Positions 27,639 to 36,780 of a stretch of 64,000 bases of DNA are shown one piece after another. The translations under genes were made by a program, and so were the position numbers. This DNA comes from an uncultured Clostridia bacterium. Its GTDB lineage: Bacteria > Bacillota > Clostridia > TANB77 > CAG-465. The stretch is from the NCBI GenBank assembly GCA_944386605.1, contig CALXBS010000001.1:29718-93717 (forward strand). The letters run 5' to 3'. The notes beneath the pieces are model-generated. The model worked only from the letters and a program-made list of their open reading frames with translations. It did no database searches and was not told the DNA's origin. The first letter of the stretch is position 1. Every line of letters begins with the position of its first letter.

Positions 27639-28622
27639 ATGACAGAAATTATTGATTTAAAAAACATAGAAAAATGTATAGAAGCAATGAAAAAGGGTGA
27701 TCCTATTATCATACCAACAGAAACGGTTTATGGAATAGGAGCACTTGCTTTTGACGTTCAGTCTGTTGAAAAAGTTTATGAGTTAAAAAAACGTGATAAA
27801 AAGAAATCATTAATTGTTTTAGTAGATTCGGTGGAAATGTTAAATAGAATTGTAAAGAAAGTTACATATGTGGAAGAAAAGCTAATAAAGGCATTCTGGC
27901 CTGGTCCATTAACGATCATCTTTGAAAGCAATGGATCACTACCCTCTAATGTAACAGGCGGAAAAGATACTATAGCAGTAAGAATTCCAGATAACGCAAT
28001 TGATTTAGAATTGATTCATAGATTAAATCAACCAATTACGGCACCAAGTGCAAATATATCAGGCAAGTTAAGTATTACAGAAGCAATGACTGCTTATCAA
28101 GAATTTAATGGAAAGGTTCCGTATATTCTTGATGGTGGAAAATCAAGTATTGGTTTAGAGTCAACAATTGTAAAAGTAAAAAAGGATATTGTTTCTGTGC
28201 TACGTATAGGAAAAATTCTTCCTGAGGATATAGAAAAATTAGGTTTAAAGGTAGAAATTATAAAAGACAAGATGGAAAAAAAGACACATTATCAAATGGA
28301 TAAAAAAGTTATTTTAATTAGTGGAACTCTAGAAGAACAATATCATAAAATGAAAGAATATATAGAAAATGATAAAAATGAAACAATTGATATAATTGGT
28401 TTTAAAGAAAATCATATACTATTAAGGGAATCTGTTCATCAATATATGGATGTTGGATATGTGGAAGAAGTGGAAAATTTTTCTAAAAATTTATTTCAAA
28501 TGTTATATACATGTGATAAAAGTAAAGCGGATACAATATTGATAGAATTGCCTGAAGAAAAAGGATTTGGTGGAATTGTTATCGATAAATTAAAAGAAGT
28601 AACAAACCATGATATATTATAA
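27639..28622 (+). CDS. tsaC: L-threonylcarbamoyladenylate synthase (Sua5/YwlC type)
   Basis: YrdC-domain motifs PTETVYGIGA, KKRDKKKSLIVLV and PSANISG, plus a C-terminal Sua5 domain; 327 aa. Confidence 0.85.
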   Translation: MTEIIDLKNIEKCIEAMKKGDPIIIPTETVYGIGALAFDVQSVEKVYELKKRDKKKSLIVLVDSVEMLNRIVKKVTYVEEKLIKAFWPGPLTIIFESNGSLPSNVTGGKDTIAVRIPDNAIDLELIHRLNQPITAPSANISGKLSITEAMTAYQEFNGKVPYILDGGKSSIGLESTIVKVKKDIVSVLRIGKILPEDIEKLGLKVEIIKDKMEKKTHYQMDKKVILISGTLEEQYHKMKEYIENDKNETIDIIGFKENHILLRESVHQYMDVGYVEEVENFSKNLFQMLYTCDKSKADTILIELPEEKGFGGIVIDKLKEVTNHDIL

Positions 28623-28700
28623 AAAATTGATGAAAAAACTTTACATTTTTTTAATTTTGTGACATAATATATATGTTGTTTAAAAGTTTGGAGGAAAAAG

Positions 28701-29321
28701 ATGGTTTATATTATTACAGGTGGTCCTGCTAGTGGTAAGGGCACAAGATCTGATATTTTAGCTAATGCTTTACAAATCCCACATATTTCTACGGGAGATT
28801 TACTAAGAGGAATTGCACAAACTGATAAAAATATACAAGAAAAACTAACTCGTGGTGAATTAATATCAGATGAAATCATTACAAAGATATTAGAAGAGCG
28901 TTTAAATAAAGAAGATTGTGAAAAAGGGTTTGTATTGGATGGTTATCCAAGAACTTTAAAGCAAATTGATTATTTAAACCAAATATTAGAAAAATTAAAT
29001 AAGAAAATTGATAGAGTAATTGAACTAGTTGTTCCTGATGAATTAGTATATAAAAGAATTTTAGAAAGAAAAAAATGTATAAGATGTGGAAGAATGTATG
29101 GAATTGATTTTCCATCTAAAATTAAAAATGTTTGTGATAAATGTGGTGGAAAATTAGAAGTAAGAACAGATGATACTAAAGAAACTGTAAAGAAAAGAAT
29201 TGATACATATAGAGAAAATTCAAAAGAAATTTTAGAATATTATAGAAAAAAAGGACTATTAAAAACAGTAGATGCTTCAGGACATTCTGAAAGAATCATT
29301 CAAGAAGCAACAGAAGCATAA
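28701..29321 (+). CDS. adk: adenylate kinase (divergent)
   Basis: P-loop GGPASGKGT, HISTGDLLR, LDGYPRT, Zn lid CIRCG...CDKCGG. Shorter and more divergent than typical Firmicute Adk. Confidence 0.8.
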   Translation: MVYIITGGPASGKGTRSDILANALQIPHISTGDLLRGIAQTDKNIQEKLTRGELISDEIITKILEERLNKEDCEKGFVLDGYPRTLKQIDYLNQILEKLNKKIDRVIELVVPDELVYKRILERKKCIRCGRMYGIDFPSKIKNVCDKCGGKLEVRTDDTKETVKKRIDTYRENSKEILEYYRKKGLLKTVDASGHSERIIQEATEA

Positions 29322-29339
29322 ATGAAGAAGGTGAAATAG

Positions 29340-30107
29340 ATGATAACAATTAAAAGTGAGCATGAAATTAAATTGATGGAAGAGGCTGCAGAAGCTTTAA
29401 AAGCTGCATTAAGAGCAATTGAAGCAGAAGTAAAACCAGGTGTTTCAACGATGTATTTAAATCATGTGGCAGAAGAAGCAATGAAAAAGCACGGTGCTAT
29501 TCCTGCTTTTAAAGGTGTAGAATGTCCATATAGGGGAGGAAAACCATATAAGTGGGCAATTTGTACTTCTGTTAATGATGAAATTATACATGGTATTCCT
29601 TCTGATAAGGTGATTTTGAAGGAAGGAGATATTGTGTCAGTAGATTTAGGAACTATCAAAAACGGATGGTGTTCTGACGCAGGAAGAACTTATGGTGTTG
29701 GGAAAATATCTCCTGTTTGTGAAAAATTAATTAAAGTAGCAAAGGACGCTTTTTTTGCTGGAGTAGACCAGGCAATTGTTGGAAACCGTGTAGGTGATAT
29801 TTCCAATGCAATTCAGACTTTTGTAGAAAAAAATGGTTTTTCTTTGTTAAGAGAATATCAAGGACATGGGATTGGTGAAGAAATGCATGAAGATCCTGGA
29901 GTGCCAAATATAGGTCAAAGAGGAAAAGGTCCAAGGTTACAAAAAGGAATGGCTCTTGCAATAGAACCAATGATTTGTGAGGGAAAACCAGATGTTTATG
30001 TAAAACCAGATTATTGGACGGTTGCAACCATAGATGGAAAAATGACAGCATATTATGAGAATACGATTGTTATAACAGATAAAGAGGCTAAAATATTAAC
30101 GATATAG
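29340..30107 (+). CDS. map: type I methionine aminopeptidase
   Basis: Pita-bread fold motifs: NDEIIHGIP, VDLG, GHGIGEEMHE, AIEPM, ENTIVIT. Confidence 0.9.
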   Translation: MITIKSEHEIKLMEEAAEALKAALRAIEAEVKPGVSTMYLNHVAEEAMKKHGAIPAFKGVECPYRGGKPYKWAICTSVNDEIIHGIPSDKVILKEGDIVSVDLGTIKNGWCSDAGRTYGVGKISPVCEKLIKVAKDAFFAGVDQAIVGNRVGDISNAIQTFVEKNGFSLLREYQGHGIGEEMHEDPGVPNIGQRGKGPRLQKGMALAIEPMICEGKPDVYVKPDYWTVATIDGKMTAYYENTIVITDKEAKILTI

Positions 30108-30203
30108 TAGAAATATTATATCGTTTTCTTGCTTTTTAGATATAAAGAAGGTATAATTTAGAAAAAATAATTGCTGAAATAATTTAAAAACAGGAGGGAT
30201 TTT

Positions 30204-30902
30204 ATGCTAAAATTTATTGGATGTGGTTCATGTTTTAATGTTTGGGTAGGAAATAATTCTGCATTCTACCTTGATACAGAAACAAAACATTTAATTTTAA
30301 TTGATGTTGGAGGAACTACATATGAGCAACTTGTAAAAAAAGAAATTTTAAAAGATGTAGAAAAAATAACGATTCTTATTACTCATAAACATCCTGATCA
30401 TATTGGTGGTCTGGGAAGTTTGATTTTTCACTGTCATTATCTTTTAGAAGGGATGAAACCAACAGTTATTTATCCTAATGAAGAAGAAATGAGGTCCTAT
30501 TTACGAAGTATTGCGGTACGAGATGATGAATATAGGGTATATGCACCAAAGAATTTTTTAGATTTTAGTATTGAGTCTTATAAGCAAAGGCATGTGGAAT
30601 TGATAGATGCTTTTGGATATTTATTGGTATTAAATGGTAAAAAGATATACTATAGTGGAGATACGAATGATATACCAGAATCTATTATAGAAAAATTAAA
30701 GTCTGGTGAAATAGATTATATGTATCAAGAAGTAACAAGATTTTGTAATACAGAGCACACTTATATTGAAAAATTAATACAAAAAATTCCTATGGAATAT
30801 CGTGGAAAAGTTACTTGTATGCACTTTGATGATGAGAGGCTAATGCAAGAAGTAAAAGAAAAAGGATTTAATTTACCAGAAGTTTATGAAAAAGCTGACT
30901 AG
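30204..30902 (+). CDS. MBL-fold metallo-hydrolase
   Basis: HxHxDH motif (THKHPDHIGG) and a downstream YSGDT motif. Inserted between map and infA. Confidence 0.7.
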   Translation: MLKFIGCGSCFNVWVGNNSAFYLDTETKHLILIDVGGTTYEQLVKKEILKDVEKITILITHKHPDHIGGLGSLIFHCHYLLEGMKPTVIYPNEEEMRSYLRSIAVRDDEYRVYAPKNFLDFSIESYKQRHVELIDAFGYLLVLNGKKIYYSGDTNDIPESIIEKLKSGEIDYMYQEVTRFCNTEHTYIEKLIQKIPMEYRGKVTCMHFDDERLMQEVKEKGFNLPEVYEKAD

Positions 30903-30949
30903 AAATAGTCAGTTTTTTTATAAACTTTTATCTTTTTTTAGTTATTTCG

Positions 30950-30978
30950 TTGACAATTTAACATAAATTTGTTATAAT
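30950..30978 (+). promoter_or_regulatory. sigma-A promoter of infA-rpmJ-rpsM...
   Basis: TTGACA (30950-30955), 17 nt spacer, TGtTATAAT (30970-30978). It follows the hairpin/T-run terminator CTGACTAgaaaTAGTCAG+T7 (30893-30921). Confidence 0.6.
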
Positions 30979-31041
30979 ATGTGTGTTATTAATGCTCTAA
31001 TTAGATAGAGTATTTTTTACACATAATAGGAGGGACTTTGA

Positions 31042-31260
31042 ATGGCAAAAGACGATGTGATAGAAGTTGATGGTATTGTAGTGGACGCATTACCAAATGC
31101 TAATTTTAAAGTAAGATTAGAAAATGGGCATGAGGTTCTTGCTCATATATCTGGTAAGTTAAGAATGCATTATATTAAAATTTTACCAGGTGATAAAGTA
31201 AAATTAGAATTGTCAACTTATGACTTAAGTAAAGGCAGAATTACTTGGAGAGCAAAATAA
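31042..31260 (+). CDS. infA: translation initiation factor IF-1
   Basis: [53 protein letters not shown]...; 72 aa. Confidence 0.97.
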   Translation: MAKDDVIEVDGIVVDALPNANFKVRLENGHEVLAHISGKLRMHYIKILPGDKVKLELSTYDLSKGRITWRAK

Positions 31261-31397
31261 AACCTATTATATTTAATTTAGCTAATAAGCATGTTCTGAA
31301 GCGGCTGTGGGAGAAATCCTATTTTAGAATATGTTTATTGATATATAATTACTTACTTTTGTTAAATTATTAACAAAAATTTTAAGGAGGATTTAAA

Positions 31398-31511
31398 ATG
31401 AAAGTAAGATCATCTGTAAAGAAAATTTGTGAGAAGTGTAAGATTATCAGAAGAAACGGTGTTGTTCGCGTTATCTGTGAAAATCCAAAGCACAAACAAA
31501 AACAAGGTTAA
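31398..31511 (+). CDS. rpmJ: 50S ribosomal protein L36
   Basis: Not in the ORF track (37 aa). Read from sequence: [47 protein letters not shown] at 31384-31390. Confidence 0.95.
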   Translation: MKVRSSVKKICEKCKIIRRNGVVRVICENPKHKQKQG

Positions 31512-31530
31512 TGTGGGGGTGTAAAAATAA

Positions 31531-31902
31531 ATGGCACGTATAGCTGGAGTAGATTTACCAAAAAACAAAGTTGCAGAAATTGGATTGACTTCTATTTATG
31601 GAATTGGTCGTTCTGCTGCAAGAAAAATATTGGCAGAGGCTAATATTGAAACTACTAAAAGAGTAAAAGATTTTACAGAAGAAGATGAAGCAAAAATAAG
31701 AGCAATTATTGAAAGAGATTATGTTGTTGAAGGAGATCTTCGTAAAGAAGTTGCTTTAAACATTAAAAGATTAATGGAAATTAATTGCTACAGAGGACAA
31801 AGACATAAAAGAAGATTACCTGTTCGTGGACAAAGAACAAAAACAAATGCGAGAACTAGAAAAGGCAAAGCAGTAGCAATTGCTGGTAAGAAGGGAGTAT
31901 AG
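31531..31902 (+). CDS. rpsM: 30S ribosomal protein S13
   Basis: [13 protein letters not shown]...[11 protein letters not shown]...[14 protein letters not shown]. Confidence 0.97.
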   Translation: MARIAGVDLPKNKVAEIGLTSIYGIGRSAARKILAEANIETTKRVKDFTEEDEAKIRAIIERDYVVEGDLRKEVALNIKRLMEINCYRGQRHKRRLPVRGQRTKTNARTRKGKAVAIAGKKGV

Positions 31903-31907
31903 TTAAA

Positions 31908-32300
31908 ATGGCAGGAAAGAAAAAAGTAGTAACAAAGAAAAAAGTTAAAAAGAATATATCAACTGGAGCTGCACATATCCAATCTTCATTTAACAATACA
32001 ATTGTTACAATGACTGATTCTCAAGGAAATGTTATTTCTTGGGCTAGTGCTGGTGGATTAGGATTTAAAGGTTCTAGAAAAAATACTCCTTTTGCTGCAG
32101 GTCAGGCTGCAGAAGTTGCAGCAAATGCAGCTAAGGAACAAGGATTAAAAACAGTTGAAGTTTATGTAAAAGGACCAGGTTCTGGAAGAGAAGCTGCTAT
32201 AAGATCACTTCAAGCTGCAGGATTGGAAATTAGCATGATTAAAGATGTTACTCCAATTCCACACAATGGTTGTAGACCACCAAAAAGAAGAAGGGTATAG
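31908..32300 (+). CDS. rpsK: 30S ribosomal protein S11
   Basis: [20 protein letters not shown]...[13 protein letters not shown]...[13 protein letters not shown]. Confidence 0.97.
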   Translation: MAGKKKVVTKKKVKKNISTGAAHIQSSFNNTIVTMTDSQGNVISWASAGGLGFKGSRKNTPFAAGQAAEVAANAAKEQGLKTVEVYVKGPGSGREAAIRSLQAAGLEISMIKDVTPIPHNGCRPPKRRRV

Positions 32301-32318
32301 TGGGGGTGTAAATAGAAA

Positions 32319-32948
32319 ATGTCAAGATATACAGACGCAGTATGTAAAAAATGTAGAAGAGAAGGTGCAAAACTTTTCTTAAAAGGTGCAAGATGTAATT
32401 CAAATAAATGCGCTATTGATAGAAGATCATATGCTCCAGGACAACATGGAAAGAATAGATCAAAATTATCTGAATATGGTCTTCAATTAAGAGCAAAACA
32501 AAAAGCAAAAACATATTATAGAGTTTCTGAATCTCAATTTAGAAAATATTATGAAGAAGCTTTTAGAAGAGAAGGAGTTACTTCAGATGTATTATTTGAG
32601 CAATTAGAATTAAGATTAGATAATGTTGCTTATAGAATGGGAATTGGTAACTCAAGAGCAGAAGCTAGACAACTAGTTGGTTATGAAATGTTAGAAGTAA
32701 ATGGTAAAAAAGTAAACATTCCTTCATATATTGTAAAAGTTGGAGATGTTATTAGAGTTAGAGATTCTAAAAAAGATAATAAGACAATTGTTAGTGTCTT
32801 AGAAGCTAATAAATTAAAAGCTGTACCAGAATGGTTAGAGCTTGATAGAGAAAAAATGGAAGCAAAAGTTCTAAGAAAACCAGTTAGAGAAGATGTTGAC
32901 TTAGACGTACCAGAAAACTTAATCGTTGAGTTATATTCTAAGAACTAG
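32319..32948 (+). CDS. rpsD: 30S ribosomal protein S4
   Basis: MSRYTDAVCKKCRREGAKLFLKGARC...QLRAKQKAK.YY; S4 domain RLDNVAYRMG. Confidence 0.97.
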   Translation: MSRYTDAVCKKCRREGAKLFLKGARCNSNKCAIDRRSYAPGQHGKNRSKLSEYGLQLRAKQKAKTYYRVSESQFRKYYEEAFRREGVTSDVLFEQLELRLDNVAYRMGIGNSRAEARQLVGYEMLEVNGKKVNIPSYIVKVGDVIRVRDSKKDNKTIVSVLEANKLKAVPEWLELDREKMEAKVLRKPVREDVDLDVPENLIVELYSKN

Positions 32949-33007
32949 TCATATCATTTAATGGAAATAGTATGTGTAATCAGAGCATACTAGAAGGAGG
33001 ATTTAAA

Positions 33008-33955
33008 ATGATTGAAATGCAAAGACCAGAGATAAAATGTGTACAAGTTGATGTGGATACATTTTATGCAAAATTTGAAGTAGAACCTTTAGAAAGAGGT
33101 TTTGGAATTACTTTAGGTAATTCATTAAGAAGAATATTACTTTCTTCACTACCAGGTTATGCGATAGATACTGTTAAAATAGAAGGAATAACTCATGAAT
33201 TTTCAACAATACCAGGAGTTACAGAAGATGTCACAGATTTAATATTAAATTTAAAACAAGTTTGTTTAAAGTCTGACGACTATGATGATAAAAAAATATA
33301 TATTAAGGCCAAGGGACCTTGTGAGGTTACTGGTGAAGATATTATTACAGATTCAACTATGAAAGTAGTAAATAAAGATCTACATATTGCTTATTTAGAT
33401 GAAGGAGCAAATTTAGATATTGAAATGACAGTTGTAAAAGGTAGAGGATATGTAGCAGGTGATCGTTCTAATTATACAGATTTACCTTCTAATGTATTAC
33501 CAATTGATTCTATCTTTACTCCAGTAAAAAAAGTAACTTTTGCAGTTGATAAAACAAGAGTTGGACAAAAAGCAGACTATGATAAATTAACTATGGAAAT
33601 TTGGACAAATGGTGTAATAGAACCATATCAAGCCTTAAGTATGGCTGCTAAAATATTAGGTGAACATTTGGAAATGTTTATTGATTTATCTGAAATTGCA
33701 AAAACAATGTCAATTATGTCTAAAAAAGAATTATCAATGAAAGATAAATTATTAGAAACACCAATTGAAGAATTAGAATTTTCAGTAAGATCTTACAACT
33801 GTTTAAAAAGAGCTGGTATTCATACGGTTGCAGATATTGTTAACAAAACAGAACAAGATATGATGAAAGTTAGAAATTTAGGTAAAAAATCTTTAGACGA
33901 AGTAAATAAGAAAATGTCTGATTTAGGACTTGAATTTAAGAAAAAAGAAGATTGA
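33008..33955 (+). CDS. rpoA: DNA-directed RNA polymerase alpha subunit
   Basis: FEVEPLERGFGITLGNSLRRILLSSLPG; C-terminal domain ELEFSVRSYNCLKRAGI. ATG 33008 follows GGAGGA; the track start 32972 is an upstream extension. Confidence 0.95.
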   Translation: MIEMQRPEIKCVQVDVDTFYAKFEVEPLERGFGITLGNSLRRILLSSLPGYAIDTVKIEGITHEFSTIPGVTEDVTDLILNLKQVCLKSDDYDDKKIYIKAKGPCEVTGEDIITDSTMKVVNKDLHIAYLDEGANLDIEMTVVKGRGYVAGDRSNYTDLPSNVLPIDSIFTPVKKVTFAVDKTRVGQKADYDKLTMEIWTNGVIEPYQALSMAAKILGEHLEMFIDLSEIAKTMSIMSKKELSMKDKLLETPIEELEFSVRSYNCLKRAGIHTVADIVNKTEQDMMKVRNLGKKSLDEVNKKMSDLGLEFKKKED

Positions 33956-33974
33956 TTGAAGGAGGAATTAAGCG

Positions 33975-34496
33975 ATGCCAGGAACAAGAAAACTTTCAAG
34001 AACTACTTCTCATAGAAATGCAATGCTTAAAAACTTAGTTACATCTTTAATTTTAAATGGAAGAATTGAAACTACTCTTGCAAAAGCAAAAGAAGTAAAA
34101 CCTTTAGCAGATAGTTTAATCGATTTAGCTATAAAAGAAAAAGATAATTTTGAAATGAAAGAAAAAACAATTTCAAGAGTGAAAGTAGATAAAAAAGGTA
34201 ACAAAGTAAGAGAAGAAAAAACATCAAAAAATGGAAATAAATATGAAGTGTTAGTAAGAGAAGTTGTAAAGGAAGAAGTAAAAGTAGACAAACCATCTAA
34301 ACTTGCTGCAAGAAAGAAAATGTTTAAAATGTTAAATAAAATTAGTGATTTTGATGGAAACACAGTTGATTTAACAGAGAAATTATTCAATGAAATCGCT
34401 CCAAAATATGAAGCAAAAGGCGGATATACAAGAATTGTAAAGCTTGTTGCTAGAAAAGGTGACGGAGCAGATATGGCAATTATTGAATTAATATAA
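33975..34496 (+). CDS. rplQ: 50S ribosomal protein L17 (long form with internal Lys/Glu-rich insertion)
   Basis: N-terminus RKLSRTTSHRNAMLKNLVTSLILNGRIETTLAKAKE and C-terminus GGYTRIVKLVARKGDGADMAIIELI are canonical. 173 aa because of the charged insert. Confidence 0.93.
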   Translation: MPGTRKLSRTTSHRNAMLKNLVTSLILNGRIETTLAKAKEVKPLADSLIDLAIKEKDNFEMKEKTISRVKVDKKGNKVREEKTSKNGNKYEVLVREVVKEEVKVDKPSKLAARKKMFKMLNKISDFDGNTVDLTEKLFNEIAPKYEAKGGYTRIVKLVARKGDGADMAIIELI

Positions 34497-34504
34497 AAGG
34501 GATT

Positions 34505-34551
34505 AAATAACAGAATTATATGATAAAATTTATATAATTCTGTTATTTTTC
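34505..34551 (+). terminator. intrinsic terminator of the alpha operon
   Basis: 17-bp perfect stem AAATAACAGAATTATAT/ATATAATTCTGTTATTT followed by TTT. Confidence 0.85.
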
Positions 34552-34580
34552 TGTTGTAAATAAAAAAAAGATATGATATT

Positions 34581-34597
34581 ATATAAGTGTGTGTGAT
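34581..34597 (+). repeat. 17-mer ATATAAGTGTGTGTGAT, copy 1 (copy 2 at 34776-34792)
   Basis: Exact 17-nt repeat 195 bp apart within the ORF-free region 34552-34994. Confidence 0.7.
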
Positions 34598-34952
34598 ATG
34601 TTTGGGGGTGGAAGAAAAGTAAGGTTAAGTTAAAATATATAAGGGGTTAGATAAGATGAAAAAATTTTAAGTAAATAAAATTTACTTAAAATAATTAGGT
34701 TTTTATATTTTGTAATATAAAGTTATTGCGAATGAAACTTAACTAGTAATAACAAGAATTTTATTATATTATGTAATATAAGTGTGTGTGATTATATGAT
34801 ATATAATATAGTATAATTTGAGTTAGTTACTCGACCTAAGTATGAATTAACAACAATCTTATCTAAGAAAAAAACTGTTGTCTTTTCGGCTAGTTAAGTA
34901 TTAATTCCAAACAAATAGAATTCTAACGATTAAATTTTGATAAGTTTTATAA

Positions 34953-34992
34953 GGGAATGTGTTTCTAATAGAAAAACAATTCCTTTTTTTAT
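34953..34992 (+). terminator. plus-strand terminator-like hairpin ending the ORF-free region
   Basis: GGAATGTGTTTCTaatAGAAAAACAATTCC (imperfect) followed by TTTTTTT. The T-run is on the + strand, so it does not serve the convergent tmcAL gene. Confidence 0.45.
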
Positions 34993-34994
34993 TT

Positions 34995-36194
34995 TTATAA
35001 TTTATTTGTATAGTCTTTATTTAATGTATCATTTGCCAAAATGCTATAAAGATTGGAAGCTAATAAATCATAAGAAAACATTTTTTGTTGAATAGAGGAA
35101 AGTGAAGGGATCGTATCTTTACTTACTTTGGTGATAAGTGGAATATCTGCTTCTTGTGACAAACGTGAAAGTAAAAGTTTTCCTTTTTCAGATTTTGCTA
35201 AAACATGCGCATACATTTCGTTAGAACAAATGATATCTTGAAAATCTTTTTTAGTAACATTTAATAAAATATTCATACATAATCTTTTTAATTTACTTAA
35301 TTGGTAACGTTTACTCTTTAATTCATTTAATAATTCTGTATTATTTTTAGAGTATGAAATTGCTTTTAATAACTTGTTTTCAAGTCCTTCTGTCATTTCC
35401 ATGATTTCTTGTAAAGTATTTTTATCTTTTGTAATTGTGCTGTATTTTAATGGAAGAAATAGAATATCATTTGATAGCAATGTCTGATGTGTTAGTGCGT
35501 GATAACAATTATCTGGAACATAGGGGCGTATGTTTAAAATATTGTTTTCAAATATGCTTTTTCGAATACTAGTGGCACTTGTAAAATAAGAATCTTTTGG
35601 TAAATTAAGATCATGAAAAGAAGAATCTTTTCTTTGAATGGTAATAGGGGCAATTTTGCTATTTTGCTTTTTTAGTTGTATTAGATATTCTATTGCTAAA
35701 ATATTATTAGGTTTTGTAATTTCTAGTAGTTCTTCTTTATTTAGAAATTTACTAAGACTCATTTCCCTTGCCTTTGCAAAAGAAATTCCTAATTTTAAAT
35801 TTTCTTTTATATCTTGTGTAATTTTTGTTTCATTATGGATGATTTTTTGAGTGATACTTTCTAGTATGCTAATATCAGAAGCTTCACTACCGAAACAAAT
35901 AGAATCAATTATGTTTAGTTGATTTAAAAGTAAAATGGCACCTTGTGCAAAAAAAGAGCTACTAGAGTTCGCATAAATAAAAGGAAGCTCAATTACTAGA
36001 TCTGCTCCGTTTTGAGTAGCAAGAGAGGCTCTTTTAAATTTATCCATAATTGCAATATTGCCTTGTTGTGTAAAATTTCCGGACATGACAATGATAACAA
36101 AATCACTTTGTGTTTGTTCTTTTGCTTTTTGTATTTGATAAAGATGACCATTATGAAAAGGATTATATTCAGCAATGATACCTAAAATTTTCAA
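34995..36194 (-). CDS. tmcAL: tRNA(Met) cytidine acetate ligase (YlbM/UPF0348 nucleotidyltransferase)
   Basis: ILGIIAEYNPFHNGHLYQI...VMSGNFTQQG signature. I place the start at the TTG (complement of 36192-36194) after GAGGAAAAG, giving MKILGIIAEYNPFHNGH as in family members. The track ATG at 36284 would add 30 aa and leave no promoter space before rnhA. Confidence 0.8.
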   Translation of the reverse strand: MKILGIIAEYNPFHNGHLYQIQKAKEQTQSDFVIIVMSGNFTQQGNIAIMDKFKRASLATQNGADLVIELPFIYANSSSSFFAQGAILLLNQLNIIDSICFGSEASDISILESITQKIIHNETKITQDIKENLKLGISFAKAREMSLSKFLNKEELLEITKPNNILAIEYLIQLKKQNSKIAPITIQRKDSSFHDLNLPKDSYFTSATSIRKSIFENNILNIRPYVPDNCYHALTHQTLLSNDILFLPLKYSTITKDKNTLQEIMEMTEGLENKLLKAISYSKNNTELLNELKSKRYQLSKLKRLCMNILLNVTKKDFQDIICSNEMYAHVLAKSEKGKLLLSRLSQEADIPLITKVSKDTIPSLSSIQQKMFSYDLLASNLYSILANDTLNKDYTNKL

Positions 36195-36293
36195 TTTCTT
36201 TTCCTCGCTTTCTTGTTTTTTAAGATCATGTATATTATAATATATGTGTGTTAAAAGTTTAACATAATTTTGTGAAATTTTCAAGGAGAAATT

Positions 36294-36734
36294 ATGAAAA
36301 ATGTAGTTATGTATACAGATGGAGCATGTAGTGGAAATCCTGGACCAGGAGGATATGCAGCCATCTTAATTTATAATGGAATCGAAAAAGAGATTTCTGG
36401 AAATGAGCTTTCTACTACCAATAATAAAATGGAGTTACTTGCGGTCATATCTGGTTTAAAAGCTTTAAAAGAAAAGTGTAATGTTACAATTTATAGTGAT
36501 AGTGCTTACGTAGTTAATGCAGTAGAAAAAAGCTGGTTAATATCTTGGAAGAAAAATAATTGGATAAAATCAGATAAAAAGCAAGTTAAAAATATTGATT
36601 TATGGGAAGAATTATTAGATCTGATGAATTTTCATCATGTGCAATTTAAAAAAGTAAAAGGACATGCAAATGATGTTTATAACAATAGATGTGATAAATT
36701 AGCAGTTATGGAAAGAGAAAAAATTAGTCTTTAA
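36294..36734 (+). CDS. rnhA: ribonuclease HI
   Basis: YTDGACSGNPGPGGYA, TNNKMELLA, YSDSAYV, KVKGHANDVYNNRCDKLA (DEDD catalytic pattern). Confidence 0.9.
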   Translation: MKNVVMYTDGACSGNPGPGGYAAILIYNGIEKEISGNELSTTNNKMELLAVISGLKALKEKCNVTIYSDSAYVVNAVEKSWLISWKKNNWIKSDKKQVKNIDLWEELLDLMNFHHVQFKKVKGHANDVYNNRCDKLAVMEREKISL

Positions 36735-36780
36735 TTAATATTCAAATCACCTATCACATAGTATGTTGTATGGTGATATT

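Noticed and set aside
31261-31397. Imperfect long hairpin (AATAAGCATGTTCTGAA...TTAGAATATGTTTATT) between infA and rpmJ, and a hairpin in the infA leader (30979-31030)
   Set aside because: This is plausibly an RNA processing or stability element of the ribosomal operon. The stems are imperfect, and I cannot tie them to a defined regulatory mechanism, so they are not reported as features.
34010-34390. 126-aa minus-strand ORF inside rplQ
   Set aside because: It is antisense to the Lys/Glu-rich (A/G-rich) insert of L17, which reads as an F/L/S-rich open frame on the opposite strand. There is no RBS.
34600-34660. T-box-like GGGGGTGG / small ORF MKKF (34655-34669) after the first 17-mer
   Set aside because: There is no specifier loop, AGAGA/GNUGG elements or terminator/antiterminator pair, and no aminoacyl-tRNA-related gene downstream. 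A 4-codon ORF is uninformative.
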